A stretch of DNA of 32,000 nucleotides from positions 3,990,001 to 4,022,000 of the forward strand of contig NC_010546.1 of NCBI RefSeq assembly GCF_000017845.1. The letters are read 5' to 3'. Below are positions 15,081 to 24,841 of the stretch, in pieces (position 1 is the first letter of the stretch; every line of letters starts with the position of its first letter). The notes under the pieces are model-generated. The model had not been told where the DNA came from. It searched no databases and was given only the letters and a program-made list of their open reading frames with translations. The stretch comes from Crocosphaera subtropica ATCC 51142 (GTDB lineage: Bacteria; Cyanobacteriota; Cyanobacteriia; Cyanobacteriales; Microcystaceae). A program made the translations under genes and the position numbers.

Positions 15081-15097
15081 GGTGGGCAATGCCCACC
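15081..15097. terminator. Perfect 17-nt palindrome GGTGGGCAATGCCCACC, 7 nt 3' of the sulfatase-3 stop
   Basis: Identical to the element at 1158-1174. Confidence 0.5.
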
Positions 15098-15104
15098 CTA
15101 ATAA

Positions 15105-16757
15105 TTAGCTATGAGGGGGTACTAACTCTTCTAATACTTGATCGATGGTAAAACTAGCTGCTTCTTGACGGGGTGGATACTCCTTAAAGGTTTCAAGGAA
15201 CTGACCAACAAACCCTTGAGCCGGTAATAACAAATAAGCATGATCGAGATACCAGTCCCAATAGGTATTAGAGGTAATGGTAGCTCGTTCGTAAGGGTCA
15301 GTGCGTAGGTTATACAGCCAAGGAATACGAGTGGCCACAAACGGTTCACCCCAGAGGGCTAACGTTCCTTCTTTGCGTTGTTGAGCAAAATGAACTTTCC
15401 AGTTGTCGTAACGTAGGGCTAATAAGTCACCATCGTCAGAAAAGTAGAAATACTCGTCCCGTGGACTTTCTTCGGTTTCTCCTGTTATATAGGGTAAAAA
15501 GTTGTAACCGTCGAGATGTACTTTATAATTTTTCCGTCCCACTCGGTAGCCTTTGAGTAATTTTTCCTTAACATCAGGATCACCAGCAGCAGCGAGTAAG
15601 GTGGGCATCCAGTCTAGATGGGAAATAATGTCATTGGAAACCGTTCCCGGCTCAATATGACCCGGCCAACGTATCATAAAGGGAACACGAAACGCCCCTT
15701 CCCAACCGGTGTCTTTTTCTCCTCGGAAGGGTGTCATGGCAGCGTCGGGCCAAGTATTCATGTGAGGGCCGTTATCAGTGCTATAGATAACAATGGTATT
15801 GTCTGTGAGTCCCGCTTCATCTAAAGCGTCTAACACTTGACCGACATTTTTATCATGATCGATCATGGTGTCATGATAAGGAGACTGCCATCTTCCTGCT
15901 TGCCCTAAACTTTCGGGTTTGGTATGGGTGCGAAAGTGCATATGGGTAAAGTTGGTCCACATGAAAAAGGGTTCAGCAGCAGTTGCGTGTTTTTTGATAT
16001 ATTCAACAGAACGGTTCGCAATATCGTCATCAATGGTTTCCATGCGTTTTTTGGTCAATGGGCCAGTGTCTTCGATGCGTCCATCAGCAAAACTATGAAT
16101 GACACCACGGGGACCGTATCTTTTACGAAACTCAGGAAAATCTTCGGGAGTGGGATAATCAGGGAGTTCCGGTTCTTCTTCTGCGTTTAAATGGTATAAG
16201 TTGCCGTAAAACTCATCAAATCCATGATTGGTGGGTAAAAATTTGTCTTTATCCCCTAAATGGTTTTTGCCAAACTGTGCAGTATCATAGCCTAACGGCT
16301 TGAGCATCTCTGCAATGGTGGGATCTTCGGCTTGTAAACCGATATCGGCCCCAGGCATTCCCACTTTACTTAAACCCGTGCGAAAGACGCTTTGTCCGGT
16401 AATAAAAGCAGAACGGCCGGCGGTACAGCTTTGTTCACCGTAATAGTCGGTGAATAACATTCCTTCTTCAGCAACACGGTCAATATTGGGAGTTTTAAAT
16501 CCCATCAAGCCCCTAGTATAAATGCTAAGGTCACTTTGTCCGATATCATCCCCCCAGATAACCACAATATTGGGTTTACTGGTGGTCATGCTTTCAACTA
16601 ATGCCGGTGCCGGTTCGTAAACTTGCGCTACGGCAGTCTGACTTAAGGATAAGCCATCAACTAACAAAAAAGTGAGACTTAAAGCGATCGCACATAAACT
16701 TTTTATAATCTGTTTAAGCGATCGCCTAACCTCTATAAATTCTATGGGTTTCATCAT
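15105..16757 (-). CDS. Sulfatase (arylsulfatase-family, ~550 aa), Cys-type with a CxAxR motif
   Basis: VVIWGDDIGQSD (metal site), QSCTAGRSAFITGQ (sulfatase signature with Ala in place of Pro), and later TDNGP and GKNHLGD blocks. The probable start is the MMKPIEF Met at 16757 rather than the tracked 16799. The N-terminus has a signal-like region. Confidence 0.9.
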   Translation of the reverse strand: MMKPIEFIEVRRSLKQIIKSLCAIALSLTFLLVDGLSLSQTAVAQVYEPAPALVESMTTSKPNIVVIWGDDIGQSDLSIYTRGLMGFKTPNIDRVAEEGMLFTDYYGEQSCTAGRSAFITGQSVFRTGLSKVGMPGADIGLQAEDPTIAEMLKPLGYDTAQFGKNHLGDKDKFLPTNHGFDEFYGNLYHLNAEEEPELPDYPTPEDFPEFRKRYGPRGVIHSFADGRIEDTGPLTKKRMETIDDDIANRSVEYIKKHATAAEPFFMWTNFTHMHFRTHTKPESLGQAGRWQSPYHDTMIDHDKNVGQVLDALDEAGLTDNTIVIYSTDNGPHMNTWPDAAMTPFRGEKDTGWEGAFRVPFMIRWPGHIEPGTVSNDIISHLDWMPTLLAAAGDPDVKEKLLKGYRVGRKNYKVHLDGYNFLPYITGETEESPRDEYFYFSDDGDLLALRYDNWKVHFAQQRKEGTLALWGEPFVATRIPWLYNLRTDPYERATITSNTYWDWYLDHAYLLLPAQGFVGQFLETFKEYPPRQEAASFTIDQVLEELVPPHS

Positions 16758-16937
16758 AAAAAACTCTAAAAAGTGAGTGCTTGCCCACAAAAATATCATA
16801 ACTTGGTCGTTTCAGTCGCTATTTTTTAGAAAAATATAAATACTTAGCCAAAAGAATAATTAAATTAACCTCTAATTAACCTAAACTTAGTTAAGGGTTC
16901 TAATATAAAATAAATCAATAGTCTTTAACAAACAATT

Positions 16938-17462
16938 ATGTCAACATCAGAACCAGACAAAAACAATCTTCTTCTAAAAATAATTATTTGGAGCCGTTTT
17001 AGTAGTGTTTTAGCGATTGCTTCGTCCCTAGTTAGTACCCTGTTTATGTTTGGTTTGGGAACGGTTGATACTATCAAAGTATTTTGGAGAGTCGCTATAG
17101 GAAATGAAGTTTCAAGAGGGCAAGTAGAATCAAGTGTGATTGTAATTGTAGATTTATTAGAAGCATTAGATGATTTCTTAGTGGCTCTGGCTTTATTATA
17201 TTTTGCTTGGGGAATTTATTCTTTATTTATTGGCTCTAAAGATGATTTAGTCAATTATCCTAGTTGGTTGCGTATTAATAGTATTACTAACCTAAAAAAG
17301 ACCTTATTGGAAATCTTAGTCGTACTATTAACTGTTGTTTTTATTAAGGGCATTTTAGAATATGAAACCATTCAGACCCTAACTTGGAATATTTTAGTAA
17401 TTCCTGTTTCAATTATTGCCATTGCTTTAAGCATTCGTTTGATTTTAACTGAGAATGAATAG
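16938..17462 (+). CDS. YqhA-like (UPF0114) membrane protein
   Basis: 174 aa with 4 hydrophobic helices. The layout resembles YqhA-family proteins (SRF..VLAIASSL, LLEALDDFLVAL, LKKTLLEILVVLL). Confidence 0.45.
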   Translation: MSTSEPDKNNLLLKIIIWSRFSSVLAIASSLVSTLFMFGLGTVDTIKVFWRVAIGNEVSRGQVESSVIVIVDLLEALDDFLVALALLYFAWGIYSLFIGSKDDLVNYPSWLRINSITNLKKTLLEILVVLLTVVFIKGILEYETIQTLTWNILVIPVSIIAIALSIRLILTENE

Positions 17463-17488
17463 TTTTAACTTAATGGACTAAAATACTT

Positions 17489-19378
17489 TTAAAAATGAAA
17501 AGTGGCTGAGAGAAATGGCCCGTTTAGATTTTGTTCAAATCCGAAATCATTGCCATTTCGGGTATTCTTATAATCGATTTCGTAAAAACGATAACCCAAT
17601 TGCAAAGAAATTTGTTGATGAATCCACCAATCAACCCCAAATAATAAATTCCAACTTATATCAGTATCTCCTGCTAGTCCAAACCCTGAGGCATCCCCTC
17701 GCAACCAAAATGTAATGGGATCAGAAATTTGTAAACCAAGTTTTCCGCCTAATAAGGGTTCAAACCAGGTTCTATCTCTTTTGAAATTTTGCTGTGTCGT
17801 TGCTTCAAAATTAACTAAGCTACTTGATATTTTAGTAGTGGTAATGGATTCAATATCGATACTAATATCATTCAAACGAACCCCTGCAATGGGTTGAAAC
17901 CATAATAAAGGATAGGGACGGTTGGAGGGTTTATCGGGTAATTGATGCAAGGGAAGTTCCCCAAAGTGATAACTAATAGCAAAGTCATAAATGCCCTGGT
18001 CAAATTGTAAACTGGTTTGATTATCTATATTTAGGGTTTGTGTTTGTTGGTTAGTTTGAAATTGCTGGAATTCCTGAATTTTGCTGATGTTGTTAATTTG
18101 TTGATCGAGAAAATTTTTTGTTTCTTCTAGTTGGTTTTCTATATTTTGTAATGCTTCACGTCTATCTGCTAATTTTGTTGTTGCAGTTTCTTTAAGGGTT
18201 TGAATTTGTTGCTGTAGTTGTTCTAAATTATCTCTTGTTTGGATTAGTTGTGCTTGTAGTTGTTCGAGATTAGAAAGTTTATTTAACTCTCTGATTTGAT
18301 TATTTAATGTTTCTAAATCGTCTATAATTGGTAAGTCTTGAATTTGTAAAGCAATGATTCTACTTAAGGGTTGGGTGTTAGGATCAAAAGGCGGTACCAT
18401 CTCAAATTCTAAGCCAAGATTTCGTATATCTTCTACCTTAATGTCTAATATCTCTAATGTTTGACGACCGATAATTAGTTGCTCTTCAAATTGTTGTAAT
18501 TTAAAGTCTAATTCTTGCAAATTTTCTCTTTTTTCAGAACCAATTGTTTGCAAGATTTCTAAATTCTGCTCGAATTGTTGTAAAGGTTGATTATCTCTAA
18601 TCTCTTGAATATTATTGACTATTTGTCTATCTTGATTGAGTCTATCAATAATATTATCTAGTCTATGATTAACATTAGTATTTAATAAAAAGTTTAAGGT
18701 ATTAATGGGATTAGCTTCTCTTGAAGGTTCAATAGAAAGATTACCAATTCCTTGTAAACTCGCAAAATAACCATCAATAATAAACCCCCAACGTCCTTTC
18801 CAACCCTCAAAACGTCCACTCGCTGCAACTCGTAAAGTGTCTAATAATTCTCCTAGACTTAGATGATAACTAACCGTTTTCCCCCTAGCAGAAACGGTTC
18901 CATAGCTATTAATGGGAATAGTAGCGTAGGGTTGTAATTTAAAATGCCATCGGTCGCTATTATTAGTATTATTTGTGTTTGTTATCTCGTAATTTTCAAA
19001 ACTAAATAAATCTTCTGATGATATGTTTTGAGTATTTACTAATGATTCATTTATCTGATGGATTGATTTTGTTGCATTTGTTTCTCCTAATAAATCAAGC
19101 GCACAAGAACTATTGGGTTTAGCTTCATTTTCTATTTCTTGATCTTGATTAAAAGCAACAGTTGGTTCAACCGTATTAGATAAAGGTATAAAGATTGGGC
19201 AAGAAGCATTTAATTTAGTTTCTTTAATATCGCTGATTTCATCAATTTTGATTGGTTGATTGATTTTGGGTTCAGCAGCATTTACTGCTATATTTTGCAA
19301 TAAAAAAAGAAAATTACTGATGAAAAATCCCTGAGATACAAACAGTACAGGAATCATTTTGGGGAATGGAGCAAGCAT
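17489..19378 (-). CDS. Putative outer-membrane beta-barrel protein with a ~260-aa coiled-coil insertion
   Basis: 629 aa with an N-terminal signal-like segment. Amphipathic beta-strand blocks lie at both ends (WHFKLQPYATIPINSYG, RWGFIIDGYFASLQG; ISLQLGYRFYEIDY, GPFLSATFHF-COOH, with the terminal aromatic typical of OMPs). They are separated by a Q/N/E/L-rich heptad region. Confidence 0.5.
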   Translation of the reverse strand: MLAPFPKMIPVLFVSQGFFISNFLFLLQNIAVNAAEPKINQPIKIDEISDIKETKLNASCPIFIPLSNTVEPTVAFNQDQEIENEAKPNSSCALDLLGETNATKSIHQINESLVNTQNISSEDLFSFENYEITNTNNTNNSDRWHFKLQPYATIPINSYGTVSARGKTVSYHLSLGELLDTLRVAASGRFEGWKGRWGFIIDGYFASLQGIGNLSIEPSREANPINTLNFLLNTNVNHRLDNIIDRLNQDRQIVNNIQEIRDNQPLQQFEQNLEILQTIGSEKRENLQELDFKLQQFEEQLIIGRQTLEILDIKVEDIRNLGLEFEMVPPFDPNTQPLSRIIALQIQDLPIIDDLETLNNQIRELNKLSNLEQLQAQLIQTRDNLEQLQQQIQTLKETATTKLADRREALQNIENQLEETKNFLDQQINNISKIQEFQQFQTNQQTQTLNIDNQTSLQFDQGIYDFAISYHFGELPLHQLPDKPSNRPYPLLWFQPIAGVRLNDISIDIESITTTKISSSLVNFEATTQQNFKRDRTWFEPLLGGKLGLQISDPITFWLRGDASGFGLAGDTDISWNLLFGVDWWIHQQISLQLGYRFYEIDYKNTRNGNDFGFEQNLNGPFLSATFHF

Positions 19379-19426
19379 TTTTTTATCCTTGATTATTTTT
19401 TTTTAGATAACTTCGGTTAAAGAACT

Positions 19427-19624
19427 TCATTGCTTAAGTTTTTCCTGGATAATTTGGATTTGATTTGTTTTTTCAGTTAATCCAAAATAATTCATCAGTT
19501 TGATAACCCCAATAGAGACAATCACCCCAATGAATAAACCACTTGCTAACAACAGAATAAAAACTTTTTTAGCTTGTTTCACAGCTTTTTGTTGTCTTTC
19601 GGTTCTAGGGGAATTATAATCCAT
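19427..19624 (-). CDS. Small single-pass membrane protein (hypothetical)
   Basis: 65 aa: a basic N-terminus, one TM helix (VFILLLASGLFIGVIVSIGVI) and a short C-tail. It lies 15 bp downstream of the 226-aa gene and 48 bp upstream of the 629-aa gene. Confidence 0.4.
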   Translation of the reverse strand: MDYNSPRTERQQKAVKQAKKVFILLLASGLFIGVIVSIGVIKLMNYFGLTEKTNQIQIIQEKLKQ

Positions 19625-19639
19625 GATGAAATTAAGTAA

Positions 19640-20320
19640 CTAACTGTCTAATAATTCTAACCCATTTAAAAAGCTTCTGATACTACGAGTATCTGTGATT
19701 GAATTGGGAAAGCGAACCCCTAAAACATAAACACGGTTGTTAACAAGATAGATTCTTAAAGTAATGATCTCATTTTCGTTTTCAAAAGTCAGTTCTTTGC
19801 CGATATTTTCATCTAATAAAACCGCTCTTTCTCTCGTTAATTTAAAATTCTCTTCTGGTGGTATTCTCTCTTGTATTGCTTTTAGTAATACATCAGCATT
19901 CTCAACTTGTTCATCTGTCAATCCTTCTGCATAACCAGCAATATAATATCGATTGTCTGTATGGGAGCCTAAACTTTGAAAACGAATATCTCCTAAACTT
20001 GTTTCTAATAAAACCTCATCTTGAGTTATAATACCAGGAGGCATCCATAGAGAAACGCCACCTCGTTTAAAGACAAAAAATTGCCAACTATTAGACTGAT
20101 TTCTCAAGGGAATAACCCCACTTGGAGGGTTTTGAAACAACAGTCTATCTTCTGGTGTTAAACGTCCAGTTTCAAAGAAATTTCTAAGTTCTCGATTGAT
20201 AGAAGGGGTTCGCTGAGCAAGTTCTGTTGATGATTCAATCGGCATTGAACAAGTTGGATTAACCAATAATCCTAGGGTAAAAACTGAAACCATTGAAGTG
20301 ATTTTTAATAGGCTTTTCAT
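19640..20320 (-). CDS. Hypothetical secreted protein
   Basis: 226 aa with a signal peptide (MKSLLKITSMVSVFTLGLLV...). No recognisable family. Confidence 0.55.
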   Translation of the reverse strand: MKSLLKITSMVSVFTLGLLVNPTCSMPIESSTELAQRTPSINRELRNFFETGRLTPEDRLLFQNPPSGVIPLRNQSNSWQFFVFKRGGVSLWMPPGIITQDEVLLETSLGDIRFQSLGSHTDNRYYIAGYAEGLTDEQVENADVLLKAIQERIPPEENFKLTRERAVLLDENIGKELTFENENEIITLRIYLVNNRVYVLGVRFPNSITDTRSIRSFLNGLELLDS

Positions 20321-20435
20321 AGCTCCTCACAAAAATAAGATCCTCTAATTGTCTCATACTTTCATAAATTATAACCATACAGTTGCCAGAAAGACACCCT
20401 AGAGCTTATGCTAAAGATCCATCATTCATCATTAG

Positions 20436-21215
<780 letters not shown>

Positions 21216-21284
21216 TAATTCGATAAAAATAAACGTTACTGTAAAGGGAGCAGGGAGCACCGGAGAGAGTTTAATGGTAACTGT

Positions 21285-21713
21285 TCACTCTAATTTAGCT
21301 AAAATTCTCAGGACAATTAGTGCGACTAAAGCCCCTGTTAACCCTAATAACCACAAACCGCAACCCATAGCCGTTCCTAAACCGGATGAAACCCAAATAG
21401 CGGCTGCCGAAGTCAACCCGTGAACCCTAGAACTCCGTAAAATGGTTCCTGCACCGATGAAACTGACCCCTCCAATAATTCCCGAAATTGCCCGTCCTAG
21501 AATATCTGGGTTTTGTTGAGCAGCACCCAGTTGAATAGGAATGAGAACAAACACAGCAGCCCCAAAACTGACTAAAATATGAGTCCGCAAACCAGCAGAT
21601 TTATTCTTGGCTTCTCTTTCTGCGCCAACAACAGCCCCGGCGAATAAGGCTAAACTTAAGCGAGCAACTAAAGTTAACTCATTAACAGGGGCAAAAGCAG
21701 AGGGTTCTGACAA
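21285..21713 (-). CDS. mgtC: MgtC/SapB-family membrane protein
   Basis: 142 aa: LALFAGAVVGAEREAKNKSAGLRTHILVSFGAAVF...GIIGGVSFIGAGTIL, the typical MgtC core. Confidence 0.85.
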   Translation of the reverse strand: MSEPSAFAPVNELTLVARLSLALFAGAVVGAEREAKNKSAGLRTHILVSFGAAVFVLIPIQLGAAQQNPDILGRAISGIIGGVSFIGAGTILRSSRVHGLTSAAAIWVSSGLGTAMGCGLWLLGLTGALVALIVLRILAKLE

Positions 21714-21748
21714 TGGTTTTAATCCTCATTGATTAACCATATTTTAAA

Positions 21749-22627
21749 CTATTCTAATGATATATTTTCCATCTCAAAAATACGAGGATAGGTTAACTTA
21801 TGTTTAGCAAAGGCTTGTTTAGCTCTGGTGGTTAAATCCGTTTTGTAAATAAATTCATCCCGTGCGTCTAAAGGATAGCATTTGAGCTTAAATAAAGTTC
21901 CCCAAGGCTTTTCTTCTATAATCACCAAAATAGGTAATTTTAAAGCCGTATATTTGCTAGTATGAGCAACCCGATAAAGGATTTTCTGCACTAAATTAAC
22001 ATCCGTTTCGTGAGCAAAATAAAACTCTGTCACCACTTGCGCTTCTAAGGCTCCTGTATTCGCATTAGACACGGCTTCTGTCCAGATTTTATTATGGGGA
22101 ATGGTCACTAAATTATCATCGGGGGTTTGTAGTTTAATGGCTCGTAAACCATAACTAATTACCTCACCATAATGTTCTCCTATTTTAACCCGATCGCCTA
22201 CATCATAGGGAGATTCAAATAAACCCACAATGCCGGCAATAATAGAACTCGCATAATCTTTAAAAGCAAAACCTAATGCAACCGCAACCGTACCAGTTAC
22301 AGCAATAATATTTTCTCTCGATAGGTGAAAAAATAGATTCATTAAAATGATAGCAGTTACGATTAAGACAAACATTCTTAAGAAAGGTAAAAATTGCTTG
22401 ACTCTTAAACGCCATCGTTTAGCAATTCTTTCTGATAACCAAATAATGAGTTTATCGACAATTTTTAAAATAGAGTAAGCACTGACTACAATTAATAGTC
22501 CCTGAATCACTTTATTGATAGTAATTTCGGAAATAATATCGTTGTCTGAGTTTTCTTGAATATCACTTAAAGAAGATTGTGCTAACCAATATAGTTGATG
22601 ACTGATTGTAACTAAAAAATGATTCAT
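21749..22627 (-). CDS. Small-conductance mechanosensitive channel (MscS family)
   Basis: TM helices are followed by the MscS beta-domain (FESPYDVGDRVKIGEHYGEVISYGLRAIKLQTPDDNLVTIPHNKIW). The preferred start is ATG 22625-22627 (MNHFLV...), 9 nt after a GGAG. The tracked ORF starts at an upstream GTG (22642) that overlaps the preceding gene. Confidence 0.85.
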   Translation of the reverse strand: MNHFLVTISHQLYWLAQSSLSDIQENSDNDIISEITINKVIQGLLIVVSAYSILKIVDKLIIWLSERIAKRWRLRVKQFLPFLRMFVLIVTAIILMNLFFHLSRENIIAVTGTVAVALGFAFKDYASSIIAGIVGLFESPYDVGDRVKIGEHYGEVISYGLRAIKLQTPDDNLVTIPHNKIWTEAVSNANTGALEAQVVTEFYFAHETDVNLVQKILYRVAHTSKYTALKLPILVIIEEKPWGTLFKLKCYPLDARDEFIYKTDLTTRAKQAFAKHKLTYPRIFEMENISLE

Positions 22628-22631
22628 CGTT

Positions 22632-23810
22632 TTATTCTCCACTCATAATAAAATTATTACTTGATAACTTTTGTTTTAGTTTTGGATAATGAAAAGGATT
22701 AATGGTTAACATTTGATGATGTTGTTCAATCAGTCCTTGACGGCGTAAAACTTGCACTTTTCCAGTGACTTCTCCTTTTTCGTCTCCTAAACTTTCTGCT
22801 AATTCTGATAGGGTTAAACTGCCATGTAATAGTAAAGAATATAAAATATATTGTTCAGGGAAATCAATAAAAGGTAAGTCAGATAATTCAGGATAGTTTG
22901 TCAATAATTGCTGTTCAGTTTGCTCCTCTTTGTCTGTTTCTGTTTTCTGATAAATAGAATTCAGAAAAAGTTCTGCTGTCACCAGACTACCTCCCTCAGA
23001 AATATCAGCTAAATGCTCAAAATATTTTTGCCAGTCATTTTGCTCACTTTCTTCTGTATCTTCTAAAATTTGTTGTTCTAGTTTAAATTTCTCTAAGCCA
23101 ATATCAAAGGATTCGATAATAGGATTTAGCCACGTTTGTAACTTGTCGGATGGCACTTCGGGTAAGACAAAAACTTCACCACAAAAAGCAGAAATATTAC
23201 TCACTAAATCTAAGTATTGCCAACTAACTTGATTAGCCCCAATGATCCAAAAACGCTGTTGTGAATGTTGACAAAACAAAGATTGTAAATATTCAATGGC
23301 ATTTAATCCTTCTACAGAACGAAGAAAACAAAAATCAAGATTGGGAATAACAAATACTTCTGAAACATCTTGTTTAGTTTCTGTCTTTTGACCCTGTTCT
23401 TGTAAAAAATCTTTTACAATAGGAATAATACTTTTCATATCAGGTGGTCTAGCATCAAAGGGTAATACCTTGACGGCTATTTGTTTTTGTAGTGACCATT
23501 TTTTGATGCTATCCGCTATGACAGGAGAAATAGCAGTCACAGGACTACTTAAGATAACCACTGAGTTTTCCTCAGTTTCTGGATTATTTAGCCAACGTTC
23601 AAAAGCATTATCTAGGGTTTCTATAATGGCTTGTTCTTCTGTGGGATTATTATCTAAATTATCAATTTGTTCTTGTATCTGTTGTTTGATGGCTGCTGGT
23701 AATTCACGGGGTGATGGTGTTCGGTTTTGGGAACTATTAGAGTCTTCTGTTTTCCAAGAAAAGAGAACACTTGACTGTTTAATAAGCCAATTTTGTAGTT
23801 TGCCGAGCAT
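22632..23810 (-). CDS. Hypothetical protein: degenerate P-loop-like core plus a C-terminal winged-helix-like segment
   Basis: 392-aa ORF. It has VVILSSPVTAISPVI where a Walker A would sit, and VFVIPNLDFCF (Walker-B-like). The C-terminus LSELAESLGDEKGEVTGKVQVLRRQGLIE looks like a wHTH. Its stop lies 4 nt upstream of the MscS ATG. Confidence 0.55.
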   Translation of the reverse strand: MLGKLQNWLIKQSSVLFSWKTEDSNSSQNRTPSPRELPAAIKQQIQEQIDNLDNNPTEEQAIIETLDNAFERWLNNPETEENSVVILSSPVTAISPVIADSIKKWSLQKQIAVKVLPFDARPPDMKSIIPIVKDFLQEQGQKTETKQDVSEVFVIPNLDFCFLRSVEGLNAIEYLQSLFCQHSQQRFWIIGANQVSWQYLDLVSNISAFCGEVFVLPEVPSDKLQTWLNPIIESFDIGLEKFKLEQQILEDTEESEQNDWQKYFEHLADISEGGSLVTAELFLNSIYQKTETDKEEQTEQQLLTNYPELSDLPFIDFPEQYILYSLLLHGSLTLSELAESLGDEKGEVTGKVQVLRRQGLIEQHHQMLTINPFHYPKLKQKLSSNNFIMSGE

Positions 23811-24060
23811 TTTAATTCGTATTTATGATACTTTATATCTACTATACATAACCATTTTGCTCTGCTCATCATTTGATTAAATTTTATAGGGAAAAAAACA
23901 AATTTTAAAAAAGACTAAAATACAATTATAAACTTAATATCCCTTGACAAATATCTCTCCGTAGCATAAACCCAAAAATCAACCAATTGGGTGAACTGTC
24001 AACCTCTTGCAGTGATAAAATAGGTATAAGACGCATTTTATTTAAGTCAGGAAATTCAGT

Positions 24061-24813
24061 TTGGTGTTATTATCCATCATTGCCGATTTTCGTATCATCT
24101 TTGACCGTGACCCTGCGGCCCGTAATTGGCTGGAAGTTCTTTTCTGCTATCCTGGGTTACAAGCAATCCTACTGCATCGTATTGCCCATCGTATCCATAA
24201 TCTAGGACTCCCTTTGGTTCCTCGTTTGATTTCCCATGTCGCAAGATTTTTTACTGGGATCGAAATTCATCCAGGGGCCAAGATAGGTACTGGTGTATTT
24301 ATTGACCACGGTATGGGAGTGGTTATCGGGGAAACCGCCGAAGTCGGAGACTACAGTTTAATTTATCAGGGTGTCACCCTTGGGGGAACGGGTAAAGAAA
24401 GCGGTAAACGTCATCCGACCTTAGGCAAAAATGTGGTTGTCGGCGCAGGAGCTAAAGTTCTTGGTAATCTTAATATAGGTAATAATGTTAGGATTGGGGC
24501 TGGTTCTGTGGTATTACGGGACGTTCCTTCTGATTGTACCGTTGTTGGTATTCCTGGCCGCATTGTTTATCAGTCTGGGGTAAGAGTCAACCCTCTAGAA
24601 CATGGTAACTTACCAGATTCCGAAGCCAAGGTTATTCGTTTATTATTAGATAGAATTGATGCGTTAGAACAACAGGTTCAAGCATTACAAGAAGATAAAT
24701 TAAAAGAACAAGAATTAGTTGCTAGTAGGGTACCTAATTCTGAGTATAATGATCCCCATAGTTGTTATTTAAAAGATAAAGAAATTGAAGAGTTTCTTGG
24801 CGGTACGATGTAA
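24061..24813 (+). CDS. cysE: Serine O-acetyltransferase
   Basis: [29 protein letters not shown]...[28 protein letters not shown] plus hexapeptide repeats. The start is TTG 24061 or GTG 24064; no ATG is available. Confidence 0.92.
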   Translation: MVLLSIIADFRIIFDRDPAARNWLEVLFCYPGLQAILLHRIAHRIHNLGLPLVPRLISHVARFFTGIEIHPGAKIGTGVFIDHGMGVVIGETAEVGDYSLIYQGVTLGGTGKESGKRHPTLGKNVVVGAGAKVLGNLNIGNNVRIGAGSVVLRDVPSDCTVVGIPGRIVYQSGVRVNPLEHGNLPDSEAKVIRLLLDRIDALEQQVQALQEDKLKEQELVASRVPNSEYNDPHSCYLKDKEIEEFLGGTM

Positions 24814-24841
24814 TTTATGATAGTTGATAATATCTGATTAT

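Noticed and set aside
14058-16190. Tracked ORFs 14058-14279, 14454-14690, 15131-15349, 15618-15824 and 15924-16190
   Set aside because: All lie antisense or out of frame within the MarC-like and sulfatase-3 genes, with no independent support.
16650-16757. Twin-arginine (Tat) signal on sulfatase 3 (…EVRRSLKQIIKSL…)
   Set aside because: An RR followed by L-K resembles S/T-R-R-x-F-L-K, but the match is incomplete and the start codon is uncertain. I cannot call Tat versus Sec from the sequence alone.
17515-17897. Plus-strand ORFs 17515-17715 and 17715-17897
   Set aside because: They are antisense to the C-terminal barrel part of the 629-aa protein, so they are shadow ORFs.
23941-23975. Sigma70-type promoter for cysE (TTGACA at 23944-23949)
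   Set aside because: The -35 hexamer is perfect, but no acceptable -10 hexamer lies at 16-18 bp spacing (taaacc or ataaac only). It is too weak to report as a feature.
23470-24205. ORFs 23470-23880 (+), 23654-23872 (-) and 23987-24205 (+)
   Set aside because: The first two overlap the 392-aa gene or its upstream AT-rich region. The third overlaps the cysE 5' end out of frame. None has motifs or plausible translation signals.
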